Source: Acidimicrobiia bacterium (GTDB lineage Bacteria; Actinomycetota; Acidimicrobiia; Spongiisociales; JAHEDJ01). Taken from it: DNA of 43,027 bases. Within the stretch, counting starts at the first letter, position 1; each line of letters starts with the position of its first letter. Where the stretch lies: the NCBI GenBank assembly GCA_029210695.1, contig JARGFH010000032.1, forward strand, positions 1 through 43,027, given 5' to 3'. Positions 16,835 through 26,364 of this stretch are shown here, piece by piece. The notes under the pieces were generated by a model. The model did no database searches. It was given only the letters and a program-made list of their open reading frames with translations, and was not told where the DNA came from. The position numbers and the translations under genes are program-made.

Positions 16835-18139
16835 GTGCCCCCACGCCTACCAGAGCGATATCAGTTCGAAGTCCGCCTCGGTCGCGATCGTGACATCGAG
16901 GAATGGCTCGCAACCGATACCGCCCTCGATCGGCCGGTGCTGATCCGAATTCTCGGCCCGGAAACGAGCGAGGAACGCCAAGCGGAGTTCTTTGAGGCAG
17001 TCCGTGGTGCTTCCAGCGCAAACCACACCCACCTCGCCTCCGTCTTCGCGGCGGATCGTCTCCCCGATGGTGCCTATTCGGTTTCTGAGTGGGCGGGAGG
17101 GATAACGCTTGAACACCGAAGGGAAGCAGGCGACACGATGCCGGTGCATGAGTTCCTTCCCAACGCCGCCGGACTGGCAGAGGCACTCGCAGCACTCCAC
17201 GAGCGTGGGATTCTGCACGGATCGATAGACGAGAAGTCGATCTTCTTCTCGCTGGCCCATCCCGCCAAACTCGCCGGCTTCGGGCGGCACGCGGAAGGCG
17301 CAAGCGCCAGCAAGGACGTTCGGGACCTCGCCACCACCCTCACCACGGCGGTCACCGGCTCCGCTTCGCATGACATCGCTCCATCGCAAATGGTTGACGG
17401 CCTGTCACCCGGTGTCGACCGGATCCTCAGCAGAGCAAGGGCCGGAGGCCTCGATGCGGCAGGCCTGGCCGAACTCTTGCGCGCCGCTCCAAGTTCAACC
17501 CTGCCGGGAGCAACGCCCGAACGAACCGTCTCCTGGAGGTGGATCCTGCCCGCCGTCGCCATGCTCGGCACCGCGATCATCCTCTTCCTGGTCGGACGTT
17601 CGCTCAACACGGGATCACAGGATCCGCTCATGTTTCCAATCTCGCCCAGAGGCACCATTTCCGAGACATCAACAACCACTACAACGACCGAGCAGGCCGG
17701 GACTCCCTCATCGAGCGTGTCCGTCGTCGATGTCCGCATCTTCGACCCCGAGGGGGACGGCGCGGAGCACAACCTGGAGATACCGAACCTCACGGACGGA
17801 ACCACCTCGACCTCGTGGACCACCGAGCGCTACAACGATCCCCTCCCTCTGGTCAAACGCGGGCTCGGCTTCGCCCTGGAGGTGGACGGAACACCGACGG
17901 GAGTCGAGCTTCTCGGCTCGACGGACGGGATGTCGTACCGGCTTCTCTGGGCTCGAACGTTCGGTGATACGATCGACGATTGGGAGCCCGTTGCCGGCGG
18001 TTCGATTCGAGACGGACGCGGATCAATCCAACTCCCGGGCAGGGCAGATGGATTCTGGCTCGTGTGGATCACCGACCTGCCCGCCGATCCGGAAGGCGGG
18101 TATGTCGGGGGCATCTCCGAAGTACGCTTCCTGCCATGA
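16835..18139 (+). CDS. Membrane-anchored Ser/Thr pseudokinase with extracellular beta-sandwich domain (similar to the MviN/MurJ C-terminal region)
   Basis: Kinase-like N-terminus (WLATDTALDRPVLIRIL, HGSIDEKSI, KLAGFG), one TM helix, and a C-terminal FDPEGDGAEH..TDG..W.TERY..LVWITDLP..ISEV domain. Directly upstream of sigM. Confidence 0.75.
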   Translation: MPPRLPERYQFEVRLGRDRDIEEWLATDTALDRPVLIRILGPETSEERQAEFFEAVRGASSANHTHLASVFAADRLPDGAYSVSEWAGGITLEHRREAGDTMPVHEFLPNAAGLAEALAALHERGILHGSIDEKSIFFSLAHPAKLAGFGRHAEGASASKDVRDLATTLTTAVTGSASHDIAPSQMVDGLSPGVDRILSRARAGGLDAAGLAELLRAAPSSTLPGATPERTVSWRWILPAVAMLGTAIILFLVGRSLNTGSQDPLMFPISPRGTISETSTTTTTTEQAGTPSSSVSVVDVRIFDPEGDGAEHNLEIPNLTDGTTSTSWTTERYNDPLPLVKRGLGFALEVDGTPTGVELLGSTDGMSYRLLWARTFGDTIDDWEPVAGGSIRDGRGSIQLPGRADGFWLVWITDLPADPEGGYVGGISEVRFLP

Positions 18140-18717
18140 CGGCACGCTCCGGCGAAGACCTCGCCCTGGTACACCGGTTCGTCGGTGGCGACAGGTCGGC
18201 GTTCGACGCGCTCGTCCGAGCCCATGAGGACCGCGTCTTCTCGGTCTGTCTGCGGGTGATGACCAACCGCGAGGCGGCACTCGACGCTACGCAGGAGACC
18301 TTTCTGACCCTGTACCGGAAAGCCGATCGTTTCACCGGGCAGGCTGCTTTCTCCACCTGGCTCTACCGGGTCGCCGTCAACACCTGCTACGACCTGCTGC
18401 GCAAGGAGAAGCGGCGCAGGGCAGATCCGCTGCCGGAGCACCTCGAGCCGGTTGACGCGAGAGGAGCAGACGGCTTCACATCGGCGGAGCTTCGCCCCGA
18501 CCTCACAAAGGCCCTGGCACGGATCCCCGACGAGTTTCGAGTCGCGGTCATTCTCTCCGACCTGGAGGATCGATCGATTGCCGAGATCGCCGAGGTTCTC
18601 GACATACCGACCGGGACGGCCAAATCCAGGATCTTTCGCGGTCGGAGGCTCCTCGCCGACATCTTGCGGAACCAAGACGACGGTCCGCGACGTCCAAGGA
18701 ACGATCAAGATGCATGA
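18136..18717 (+). CDS. sigM: ECF sigma factor, SigM-like
   Basis: DATQETFL, AFSTWLYRVAVNTCYD, EIAEVLDIPTGTAKSRIFRGR. Synteny with trxB-trxA-cwlM. Confidence 0.8.
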   Translation: MTARSGEDLALVHRFVGGDRSAFDALVRAHEDRVFSVCLRVMTNREAALDATQETFLTLYRKADRFTGQAAFSTWLYRVAVNTCYDLLRKEKRRRADPLPEHLEPVDARGADGFTSAELRPDLTKALARIPDEFRVAVILSDLEDRSIAEIAEVLDIPTGTAKSRIFRGRRLLADILRNQDDGPRRPRNDQDA

Positions 18718-19540
18718 GCACAACTTCGACCTCATCGCCGCCTTTGCGGACGGCACGGCTTCCCGGGAGGAGGCCGTTGAGGCAGAACGCGCGGTCGGGA
18801 GTTGCTCTGAGTGTGCTGCTGAGCACGAAGCCCAGCTCGCCGTACTCGAGGTCCTCCGAGCTGCTCCGGCCGTTTCAATGACCGACATAGAACGTGGCGC
18901 CCTGCACCGCTCGCTCGCCGAGGCCCTCCCGGCCCGACCGGTCGGATGGTTCTCTAGATATGCCCCTCGTATCGCCGCCGTCGCCGCCGGATTTGCAGTC
19001 GTCGGCCTGGCTTCAGTTGCCATGCTCGGCCAGCTCACCGGAAACGACACGGCGGACGACGACTATGCAACCTCAGCCGAACTCTCTTCGGCTCGCAGTC
19101 AGATAGGAGATGCTGAGGCTCCTTCGCCCGTCGCTGAGGAAATGCTGTCCCAGGCGGATGCGCCGGGAACCTCCGACGATGCTCTCCAGTATTCGGCTGA
19201 GGGCGCCGGCGGCGATGGAACGGCACCCGATACCGCCACCACGACTGCGGCCGGGGCTCCGGCAGAAGTCGTTGAACTGACCGGGGCCGACCTAGAGGAC
19301 CTGGCAGACCTGGCCGTCACTAAAGAGATCCTGGAGCAGTTTGCCGTCGTGTCCGAGATGGTCAAGACATCCTGCCCGGAGCAGCTCCCGGACCAACCCC
19401 AGTTGGAGCTTGCCGCCGAGGTCGTGTTCGAAGGCGAACCCGCCTTCGTAGTTGTTTACACCACCGCCGCCGAGAGGGTGGCCCTGGCATTGTCCCTCCA
19501 GGACTGCTCGGTTCTCGGCGAGTTCGTCTCAACGCCTTAG
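18710..19540 (+). CDS. Anti-sigma factor (ZAS-like, single TM), RsmA-like
   Basis: N-terminal LIAAFADG..CSEC, one TM segment and an acidic C-terminal region. Overlaps the sigma gene. Confidence 0.72.
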   Translation: MHEHNFDLIAAFADGTASREEAVEAERAVGSCSECAAEHEAQLAVLEVLRAAPAVSMTDIERGALHRSLAEALPARPVGWFSRYAPRIAAVAAGFAVVGLASVAMLGQLTGNDTADDDYATSAELSSARSQIGDAEAPSPVAEEMLSQADAPGTSDDALQYSAEGAGGDGTAPDTATTTAAGAPAEVVELTGADLEDLADLAVTKEILEQFAVVSEMVKTSCPEQLPDQPQLELAAEVVFEGEPAFVVVYTTAAERVALALSLQDCSVLGEFVSTP

Positions 19541-19580
19541 CCTGGTCCCTGCCGCGTGCTCGGCCGCTAACCTCTGGTCC

Positions 19581-19865
19581 ATGGACGAATTCGCTATCAA
19601 GTTCGCCGATTTTCTCGAGAACACCACAACGAAGGTGCGGGAGATGACGGTCGACCGCATCAGCCGTGTGCTCAAGATTGCCGCCCTCGGACTCGTGGCA
19701 GCCACTCTGGGCCTCATTGCGGTTGTCTATCTATTCATCTCAATCATCCGTGCCCTCGCCGTCCCGCTCTCCGCTGCCGGTGCTTTCGCCGTGGTCGGGG
19801 GATTATTCCTGGCCGGCGGTGCGTTCATGTGGTGGAAGAGAACAAGGGAACCTGAGGAAAACTAG
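19581..19865 (+). CDS. Small two-TM membrane protein
   Basis: 94-aa ORF with two hydrophobic helices. TAACCT lies 7 nt upstream of the ATG, and the ORF abuts trxB. Confidence 0.7.
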   Translation: MDEFAIKFADFLENTTTKVREMTVDRISRVLKIAALGLVAATLGLIAVVYLFISIIRALAVPLSAAGAFAVVGGLFLAGGAFMWWKRTREPEEN

Positions 19866-19867
19866 AC

Positions 19868-20791
19868 ATGCCCGAAAGAGTCATAATCATCGGGTCCGGC
19901 CCCGCCGGACTCACAGCAGCGTTGTATGCAGGTCGTGGCGATCTCGATCCGCTCGTCTTTGAGGGCAGCCAGGCAGGCGGCCAGCTGATGATCACCACCG
20001 GCGTTGAGAACTTCCCCGGTTTTCCGGATGGGATCATGGGTCCCGAGCTGATGGAACGCGTGCGCAAGCAAGCCGAACGATTTGCTCCCCGGATCCACAC
20101 TGTCGACGTTACGAAGGTCGATCTCTCGACCCGGCCCTTCAGGGTCTGGGTGGACGCGGATGAATACGAGGCCGAATCAATCATCATCGCCACCGGGGCG
20201 TCCGCCCGTTGGCTCGGCATTCCGGGGGAAGAGAAACTCCGGGGGCGCGGCGTATCAGCCTGCGCCACCTGTGACGGTTTCTTCTTCCGTGACAAAGAAC
20301 TGGTCGTCGTGGGTGGCGGTGACTCCGCCATGGAGGAGGCGCTGTTCCTGACCAAGTTCGCATCCAAGGTGACGGTAATCCACCGCCGGGACGAGTTCCG
20401 CGCTTCGGCCATCATGGCCAGACGCGTCCTCGAGCACGAGAAGATCGAGGTGCTCTGGAACACAACAATCGTCGAGGTCTTGGGCGACGACGGGGTTACG
20501 GGCGTCCGGATCAAGAACGTCGAATCGGGTGAAGTGACCGACATGCAAACCGATGGGTACTTCGTAGCCATCGGTCACGAGCCCAACACGGGGATCTTCA
20601 AGGGCCAACTGGCGTTGGACGAGGCGGGCTATATCGAGCTGCGAGGCGATGGTTCAACAGCTACCTCCGTTGAGGGGGTCTACGCCGCCGGCGACGTGGC
20701 CGATCACATCTACCGGCAAGCAATCACCGCGGCCGGTACCGGCTGCCAGGCAGCCATCGACGCCGAACGCTGGCTCGCCGACCAAAGCTGA
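19868..20791 (+). CDS. trxB: Thioredoxin-disulfide reductase
   Basis: [36 protein letters not shown]. Confidence 0.97.
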   Translation: MPERVIIIGSGPAGLTAALYAGRGDLDPLVFEGSQAGGQLMITTGVENFPGFPDGIMGPELMERVRKQAERFAPRIHTVDVTKVDLSTRPFRVWVDADEYEAESIIIATGASARWLGIPGEEKLRGRGVSACATCDGFFFRDKELVVVGGGDSAMEEALFLTKFASKVTVIHRRDEFRASAIMARRVLEHEKIEVLWNTTIVEVLGDDGVTGVRIKNVESGEVTDMQTDGYFVAIGHEPNTGIFKGQLALDEAGYIELRGDGSTATSVEGVYAAGDVADHIYRQAITAAGTGCQAAIDAERWLADQS

Positions 20792-20834
20792 CTCCCCGAC
20801 CGGCGGGGCGCTGAAGATCCTTCAGGAGGAACCC

Positions 20835-21158
20835 ATGAGTAACAAGATCACTATCAACGACGCCACATTTCAGGATGCGATTTCTGGAGACAAGGCGGTA
20901 ATCGTCGATTTCTGGGCAGAGTGGTGCGGACCATGCAAGATGGTCGAGCCGATCCTGGACGAAATTGCGGGTGAATACCCCGACAAACTCGTCCTGGCCA
21001 AGCTGAACATCGACGACAACCCGCAAAGCGCCGCAGACTACGGGGTCATGAGCATTCCGACCATGATCGTGTTCAGGAACGGCCAGAAGGCCAAGACGAT
21101 CGTAGGAGCGCGACCCAAGCATCAGATGCTGAAGGAACTCGCCGAGTTCATCGGATAA
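20835..21158 (+). CDS. trxA: Thioredoxin
   Basis: DFWAEWCGPCK, SIPT. RBS GGAGG. Confidence 0.97.
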   Translation: MSNKITINDATFQDAISGDKAVIVDFWAEWCGPCKMVEPILDEIAGEYPDKLVLAKLNIDDNPQSAADYGVMSIPTMIVFRNGQKAKTIVGARPKHQMLKELAEFIG

Positions 21159-21248
21159 CGAGAGTCCGCTCGGCCCCGCCACCGCAAGACCAACAACGGA
21201 TGGTGCACGCCGCCCACGGGGGACGGGATACGTAGTACGTTATGGGCC

Positions 21249-22217
21249 ATGCGACTGTACCGAGTCGGAGATTCCGGCGAGCCGATCCGAGACATTCAGG
21301 GTCGGCTCTCGTCGTTGGGCTTCGATTGTTCACCCGACCCCCGCGGAGAGTTTCTCGACGGCACCGCCGCTGCTGTCATTTCTTTCCAACAGATTCGTGG
21401 GTTGGACCCGGACGGCATCGTAGGCTCGGACACCTGGCGTTCCCTGTACGAGGCGGGTTTTCGTCTCGGCGATCGGATCCTCTATCACCGTCGGCCGATG
21501 CTGCGCGGAGATGACGTTGAAGAACTGCAACGACGCCTCAACGCACTGGGTTTCGACGCAGGAAAGGTCGATGGCATCTTCGGACCCGATACTGCACGAG
21601 CGATGATCGATTTCCAGACCAATCGCGGCATGCCGGTAGACGGAACTGCCGGCCCCGAAGTGATCGCAGAGCTGCAGTCCGTGAGCAAAGCCAGCCGCAA
21701 GACGGGACGCGAGGCCGTACGGGAACGAGAATGGATGCGTAATCTCCCTCGCTCATTGGTCGGGAGCCGGGCCTGCTTCGACCCCTCTTGTAGAGATGAC
21801 GTGGAGGCGGCGGCCGCCTGGGCAATGGCTTCTGCCGCAGCTAAGATCTTCCAGGTGTTGGGAGGACGACCGCTCTTCTCGCGCGGTGTCGACGTTTACT
21901 CGACTGAGTCGATTCGGGCTCGCCGGGCAAATCGTATGGGGGCAGATCTGATCGTCTCGTTGCGGCTCCCCCAGGCGGACAAACCCGGGGTCTACTTCTT
22001 CGCTTCCGCGATGAGCCGCAGCGATGCTGGGGCGCTGCTTGCCGCCTCAATCGCGTCTCGCCTCGACCTACCGATCGGCGGACGGGCCGCTCCCATCCTC
22101 AAGCACACCAGATCGCCGGCAGTGATCGTTGCGCACCCGACGCTGGGACCGGAACACGCGAAAGGATTGGTCGCCGGTATCAACGGCTTCTTTGTCGACG
22201 CCGGCGATCAGGAATAG
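21249..22217 (+). CDS. cwlM: CwlM-like protein: two peptidoglycan-binding domains plus a degenerate Amidase_3 domain
   Basis: FQQIRGLDPDGIVG, LGDRILY, LRGDDVEELQRRL, VDGIFGP, RARRANRMGADLIVSL. Lies between trxA and parB, as in other actinobacteria. Confidence 0.75.
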   Translation: MRLYRVGDSGEPIRDIQGRLSSLGFDCSPDPRGEFLDGTAAAVISFQQIRGLDPDGIVGSDTWRSLYEAGFRLGDRILYHRRPMLRGDDVEELQRRLNALGFDAGKVDGIFGPDTARAMIDFQTNRGMPVDGTAGPEVIAELQSVSKASRKTGREAVREREWMRNLPRSLVGSRACFDPSCRDDVEAAAAWAMASAAAKIFQVLGGRPLFSRGVDVYSTESIRARRANRMGADLIVSLRLPQADKPGVYFFASAMSRSDAGALLAASIASRLDLPIGGRAAPILKHTRSPAVIVAHPTLGPEHAKGLVAGINGFFVDAGDQE

Positions 22218-23062
22218 AAGTCCCGATAGATTCGTTCTAATTCGTCAAGTGACGAAAAGTTGATCGTGACTTTCCCCTTGTCCCCTCGATACTGGATCTT
22301 CACCGGCGTGCCCAGGTGTTCCGAAAGCCTGTGTTCCAGCTCGATGATGGCAACGGGACGAATCTGGGTGACCGTCTGCTTGGGTGGCTGATTCCTGTCG
22401 TTTGCACGGACGCGCACTGCGTCCTCGACCTGGCGGACCGACCACCCTTCGTCGACAGCGCGCCTTGCGATGTGTTCGGCAAAGGCAACGTCTTCGACGT
22501 TGAGGAGCGCTCGCGCCGCGCCGGCACTGAGCTCTCTTCGCTCGACCATGCCCTGGATCACGGCAGGTAGCTGCAGCAGGCGCAAGGCATTGGTCACGGT
22601 GGCGCGGCTCTTCCCCACTCGTTTTCCGATGTCTTCGTGGGTGAGCTCGAAATCCTCGTGTAGTTGGCGATACGCAGCAGCTTCTTCGAGTGCGCCCAGG
22701 TCTTCGCGTTGAACGTTCTCGATGAGTGCTTCGGTGAGCGTGCCCTGATTATCCGTCGTCCTGACCATTGCAGGAATCTCATTGAGGCCCGCACGTCTGG
22801 CCGCCCGCCACCGCCGTTCTCCTGCGATCAACTCATACCGGTTCTCCTCGATCGATCGGACAACGATCGGCTGGAGGACTCCAACCTCGACGATAGAGGC
22901 AGTCAACTCCTCTAAAGTAGCTTCATCGAACGACACCCGCGGTTGTTGGGGATTGGGTTCGATGTGGTCGATCGGAAGTACCGCATATCCCTGCTCAATG
23001 GAGTCGTGCTGGGGGATCAGTGCTTCGAGGCCCCTCCCGAGACCACTACGGCGTGCCGGCAT
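22208..23062 (-). CDS. parB: Chromosome partitioning protein ParB
   Basis: GLGRGLEALI, PNPQQPR, GERRWRA, ENVQREDL, HTH GKSRATVTNALRLL. Confidence 0.96.
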   Translation of the reverse strand: MPARRSGLGRGLEALIPQHDSIEQGYAVLPIDHIEPNPQQPRVSFDEATLEELTASIVEVGVLQPIVVRSIEENRYELIAGERRWRAARRAGLNEIPAMVRTTDNQGTLTEALIENVQREDLGALEEAAAYRQLHEDFELTHEDIGKRVGKSRATVTNALRLLQLPAVIQGMVERRELSAGAARALLNVEDVAFAEHIARRAVDEGWSVRQVEDAVRVRANDRNQPPKQTVTQIRPVAIIELEHRLSEHLGTPVKIQYRGDKGKVTINFSSLDELERIYRDFYS

Positions 23063-23072
23063 CGTTCCTCCC

Positions 23073-23858
23073 CTACTCGCTCTTGTGTCGCTGAATGAAC
23101 TCACGGCCCAACTCGCGGTAGGCAATCGCCCCCCTGCTCATCGGGTCAAACGACTCTATTGGTTCTCCGTACGATGGTGCTTCAGACAGGCGAACCGAGC
23201 GAGGAATGATCGTTCTGTAGGCCTTGTCGCCGAAATGATCTCTCACCTGTGCAGCTACGTCCGCAGACAGCTTCGTACGGGCGTCGTACATGGTGAGAAC
23301 GACACCACCTATCTCGAGCTCCGGGTTGAGGCTTCCCTTCACCAAATCGACATTGCGGACGAGTTGGCTCAACCCTTCAAGAGCGTAGTATTCACTTTGG
23401 ATCGGAATGAACACTTCGTCTGCGGCTGCGAGCCCGTTGATGGTCAAGAGGCCAAGGGAGGGAGGGCAGTCGATCAGGACGAAGTCGTACATGCCGGCCA
23501 CGTCTTTGAGTGCCATCTTCAGTTTCAGCTCGCGCGAGAACATTGAAACGAGTTCGATCTCCGCGCCGGCCAGGTCGATTGTGGCGGGAATGACATGAAG
23601 GTCCCGAACGCTCGTAGGCTCAATAACGTCAACTAACGTAGACTCGCCTATTAGCAGGTCGTACATGGACGCATCGATCATCGAGCGGTCAATTCCGAGG
23701 CCGGAGGTCGCGTTACCTTGGGGGTCGAGGTCCGCGAGAAGGACTCGCTGACCCTGGTATGCAAGCGCAGCCGCGAGGTTCACGGCGGTGGTCGACTTGC
23801 CTACCCCGCCCTTCTGGTTGGCAATTGCAACGATGAGTGGGGGGTTGTCAGCGGTCAC
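23073..23858 (-). CDS. parA: ParA/Soj-family ATPase
   Basis: NQKGGVGKSTT, DLDPQGNAT, IDCPPSLG, EYYALEG, LSEAPSYG. The start is inferred. Confidence 0.95.
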   Translation of the reverse strand: MTADNPPLIVAIANQKGGVGKSTTAVNLAAALAYQGQRVLLADLDPQGNATSGLGIDRSMIDASMYDLLIGESTLVDVIEPTSVRDLHVIPATIDLAGAEIELVSMFSRELKLKMALKDVAGMYDFVLIDCPPSLGLLTINGLAAADEVFIPIQSEYYALEGLSQLVRNVDLVKGSLNPELEIGGVVLTMYDARTKLSADVAAQVRDHFGDKAYRTIIPRSVRLSEAPSYGEPIESFDPMSRGAIAYRELGREFIQRHKSE

Positions 23859-24480
23859 GAGGACCAATGATAAGGATCTTTCCTCCGCCGTCAAGGACCT
23901 TTGGTGGAATAGAGACCACCCGTCCATCCGGGATCGCCGTACAAACGTCCCTAGCCTGCCGGGTCAGGCCTACGACGGCCCGGCCCCGAGGGGTTAGTAG
24001 ATGGGCGATTCGCTCCGCAAGTACGGCCGGCGTGTTCACTCCTCTCGCCACTACCGCCTCATATGCGCCACTGTGGTCCTCGTACGTTCCCTGAACCACC
24101 CTCACGTTCGCCAGGTCCAGCACGCGAACGGCCCTACGGAGGAGGTCCGCTCGCCGGCCGGATCGGTCGAGCAGAGTCCAACGGCTCGTTGGCCAGAGAA
24201 TCGCCAGCGGAATGCCGGGCAGGCCTACGCCGCTGCCTACATCGACGCCGGATCGGGGAGCCGCTTCGTCGAACCATGCCTTGGCGAATGCCAAGGAATC
24301 GCATATGTGCCGGTCCCAGAGGCGGGGCGCCTCGTCAGGGCCGATTCCACCGGACGGAAGCGCTTCGGATAGCAGCCAGTCGGCATAGCTGTGAAGGACA
24401 CGGGTCTGATCCCTACCGAGAGGTACCCCTACCCATTTCCTCACGCGCTCCAGGTGACTCTGTTGCTGTGCCATTGACAT
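23848..24480 (-). CDS. rsmG: 16S rRNA m7G527 methyltransferase
   Basis: LWDRHICDSL, VDVGSGVGLPGIPLAI, VVARG. Synteny upstream of parA. Start is 24480 or 24474. Confidence 0.88.
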   Translation of the reverse strand: MSMAQQQSHLERVRKWVGVPLGRDQTRVLHSYADWLLSEALPSGGIGPDEAPRLWDRHICDSLAFAKAWFDEAAPRSGVDVGSGVGLPGIPLAILWPTSRWTLLDRSGRRADLLRRAVRVLDLANVRVVQGTYEDHSGAYEAVVARGVNTPAVLAERIAHLLTPRGRAVVGLTRQARDVCTAIPDGRVVSIPPKVLDGGGKILIIGPRDR

Positions 24481-24486
24481 CAGCAT

Positions 24487-24502
24487 AGTTACACGTGGAA
24501 CC
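24487..24502. promoter_or_regulatory. parS site (imperfect)
   Basis: AGTTACACGTGGAACC versus consensus TGTTTCACGTGAAACA. Confidence 0.7.
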
Positions 24503-24522
24503 TCCTGGCTTTCGTTCGGCCA

Positions 24523-24538
24523 TGTTCCACGTGGAACA
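24523..24538. promoter_or_regulatory. parS site
   Basis: Perfect 16-bp palindrome TGTTCCACGTGGAACA upstream of rsmG-parA-parB. Confidence 0.9.
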
Positions 24539-24541
24539 TAC

Positions 24542-24573
24542 AAGAAGCCCCACCGCCAGGGGTGGGGCTTCTT
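24542..24573 (-). terminator. Intrinsic terminator after jag
   Basis: AAGAAGCCCCACC-6nt-GGTGGGGCTTCTT, 13-bp stem. Confidence 0.75.
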
Positions 24574-24619
24574 ACTGAACGTCTACTGAATGCGCCGAAA
24601 GGGCCGTTGCCCCACGCGG

Positions 24620-25507
24620 CTACTCCGCCGACACGACCACGCTGCGATGCGGTTCTTCGCCCTCGGAAAACGAGCGCACGCCATCGATCTCGGCGATTGC
24701 GTCGTGAATCACTTTCCGATCGCTCGGGTTCATCGACTCGAGCATGACTTCTCCGCCCTCTGCCAGAACTTGTTCCGCCAGGCGCTTGGCGTAGATTTGC
24801 AGTGCCTCGCGACGCTGTTCGGCGTAGCCGGCTATGTCGAGGCGCAGTCGAGTACCTTCGCGGATCTTGCGCTGGGCAACGGTTCGGGTGATCTCGTGAA
24901 CGGACTGCATGATGGATCCTCGTTGTCCGATCAGGGCCTCTGTCTGTGCACCGTCGATCGACGCGAACACAATCCCTTCCTCTCCATGCGCCTTAACTTC
25001 TCCTTCGAGACCGAAAGCTCCGACCAGGCCTTCGAGAAAGGACTGCACGACTTCGACGCGCTCGTCCATCGTCACTTCCGGCAGATCCGACTCAGGCTCA
25101 TTCGAAGGTGCGGTCTTCCGATCCATGGTTTCCTCCTGCCGTTGAGGGCGCCGTGGCCTACCGTCTGCCTTCGGCTTGTTGTCGCTCCGTTGTTGTCTTG
25201 ATGCGTTCTGTTCCGAACGGCCACCACCCTCACTCCCTTGGGTCCGTCGTGATTGCCTCGGCTTGTCCCGACCGGATGATTGCTGACGACCGTCGCTCCC
25301 TTGTGGCTTGCGTCGCCTCTTGGCGCGTCTCTTCGGCTTTGCCTTGACCCGGACTATGGCATCAGCACGGCCCATACCCAGGAAACCCTTCTCGGCCTGC
25401 TGGATGACCTCGACGTCTGCGAACTCGGCCGATTCCAATCCCAGTTCGGAAAGAGCGGCTTCCACGGCTACCTGAACGGTTCTTCCTTTGACTTCGACCC
25501 ACTCCAC
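24620..25507 (-). CDS. jag: Jag/EloR/KhpB RNA-binding protein (Jag_N, KH, R3H)
   Basis: WVEVKGRTV..KGFLGMG, KH motif LIGQRG, R3H motif RKVIHD, GEEPHRSVV. Confidence 0.92.
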   Translation of the reverse strand: MEWVEVKGRTVQVAVEAALSELGLESAEFADVEVIQQAEKGFLGMGRADAIVRVKAKPKRRAKRRRKPQGSDGRQQSSGRDKPRQSRRTQGSEGGGRSEQNASRQQRSDNKPKADGRPRRPQRQEETMDRKTAPSNEPESDLPEVTMDERVEVVQSFLEGLVGAFGLEGEVKAHGEEGIVFASIDGAQTEALIGQRGSIMQSVHEITRTVAQRKIREGTRLRLDIAGYAEQRREALQIYAKRLAEQVLAEGGEVMLESMNPSDRKVIHDAIAEIDGVRSFSEGEEPHRSVVVSAE

Positions 25508-26364
25508 TAGTTCCTCCTCCTGCGCTGCTTCTTCTTGGCCGATCCCTGCGGCTTCTCCGGACCCGGTTTGGGATCATCCGAATCTGAGTCTGACTGCTTC
25601 GGCTCTTCCTTCGGCGGGGGAGCGGGGCGGCCGTCCATCTGGAAAATCATGGCTTGCTGACCCAGGCGGAAAATGTTCGATGTCGCCCAGTACAACGTGA
25701 GGCCGGCAGGGAAGCTCCACGAGATAAAACCGATGAACAACGGCATGAACTTCGTGATGGTCTGCATCTGCTGCGCCTGCTTGTCCTGCGGACGACCATC
25801 CCGGGGTTGCGCGTGCCACTGCTGGACGAACTGAACCGCCACCATGATGGCCATCAATACGAGGTACGGAATGGTCGCTACGAGGCCTTCCGCCGAATAG
25901 ACATCCGAGGGGTGAAAACCAAGGTCCATTCCAAGGAACCTGCCGCCCCCGGCAAGGAGGTGTTCCAACAAGGAGGAAGATACTGGAATACCCGATTCCG
26001 CGATAGTGTCGGCGCCGGCCGCGTCCCTCAAGACCCGAAAGAGGGCAAACCAGATCGGCATCTGGACCAGCAGGGGAATGAGGCATCCGCCCGGTGTCGC
26101 ACCTGCCTCTTTCTGGATCTTCATCATCTCGGCCTGGAGGGCCTGAGGATCGTCCTTGTGCTTGGCCTGAAGCCGCTTGATCTCCGGCTGGATGGTTTGA
26201 AAAGCTCTGGTAGATCGCGTTTGCTTGAGCGTCAACGGGAACAACACGACGTTGATCAAGATCGTCAACATGATGATGGCGACCCCGTAGTTCGGGACGA
26301 CGTCGAAGAACAGGGCGAGGAACCATCCGAGCACCTGCTTGATGCCGTCGAAAAAGGCACCCAT
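25507..26364 (-). CDS. yidC: Membrane protein insertase YidC
   Basis: YGVAIIMLT, LFPLTLKQ, GGCLIPLLVQMPIW, PAGLTLYW. Confidence 0.95.
   Translation of the reverse strand: MGAFFDGIKQVLGWFLALFFDVVPNYGVAIIMLTILINVVLFPLTLKQTRSTRAFQTIQPEIKRLQAKHKDDPQALQAEMMKIQKEAGATPGGCLIPLLVQMPIWFALFRVLRDAAGADTIAESGIPVSSSLLEHLLAGGGRFLGMDLGFHPSDVYSAEGLVATIPYLVLMAIMVAVQFVQQWHAQPRDGRPQDKQAQQMQTITKFMPLFIGFISWSFPAGLTLYWATSNIFRLGQQAMIFQMDGRPAPPPKEEPKQSDSDSDDPKPGPEKPQGSAKKKQRRRRN

Noticed and set aside
17830..19050. 406-aa minus-strand ORF across the pseudokinase, sigM and anti-sigma genes
   Set aside because: Antisense to three well-supported genes, with low-complexity Ala/Ser/Arg composition.
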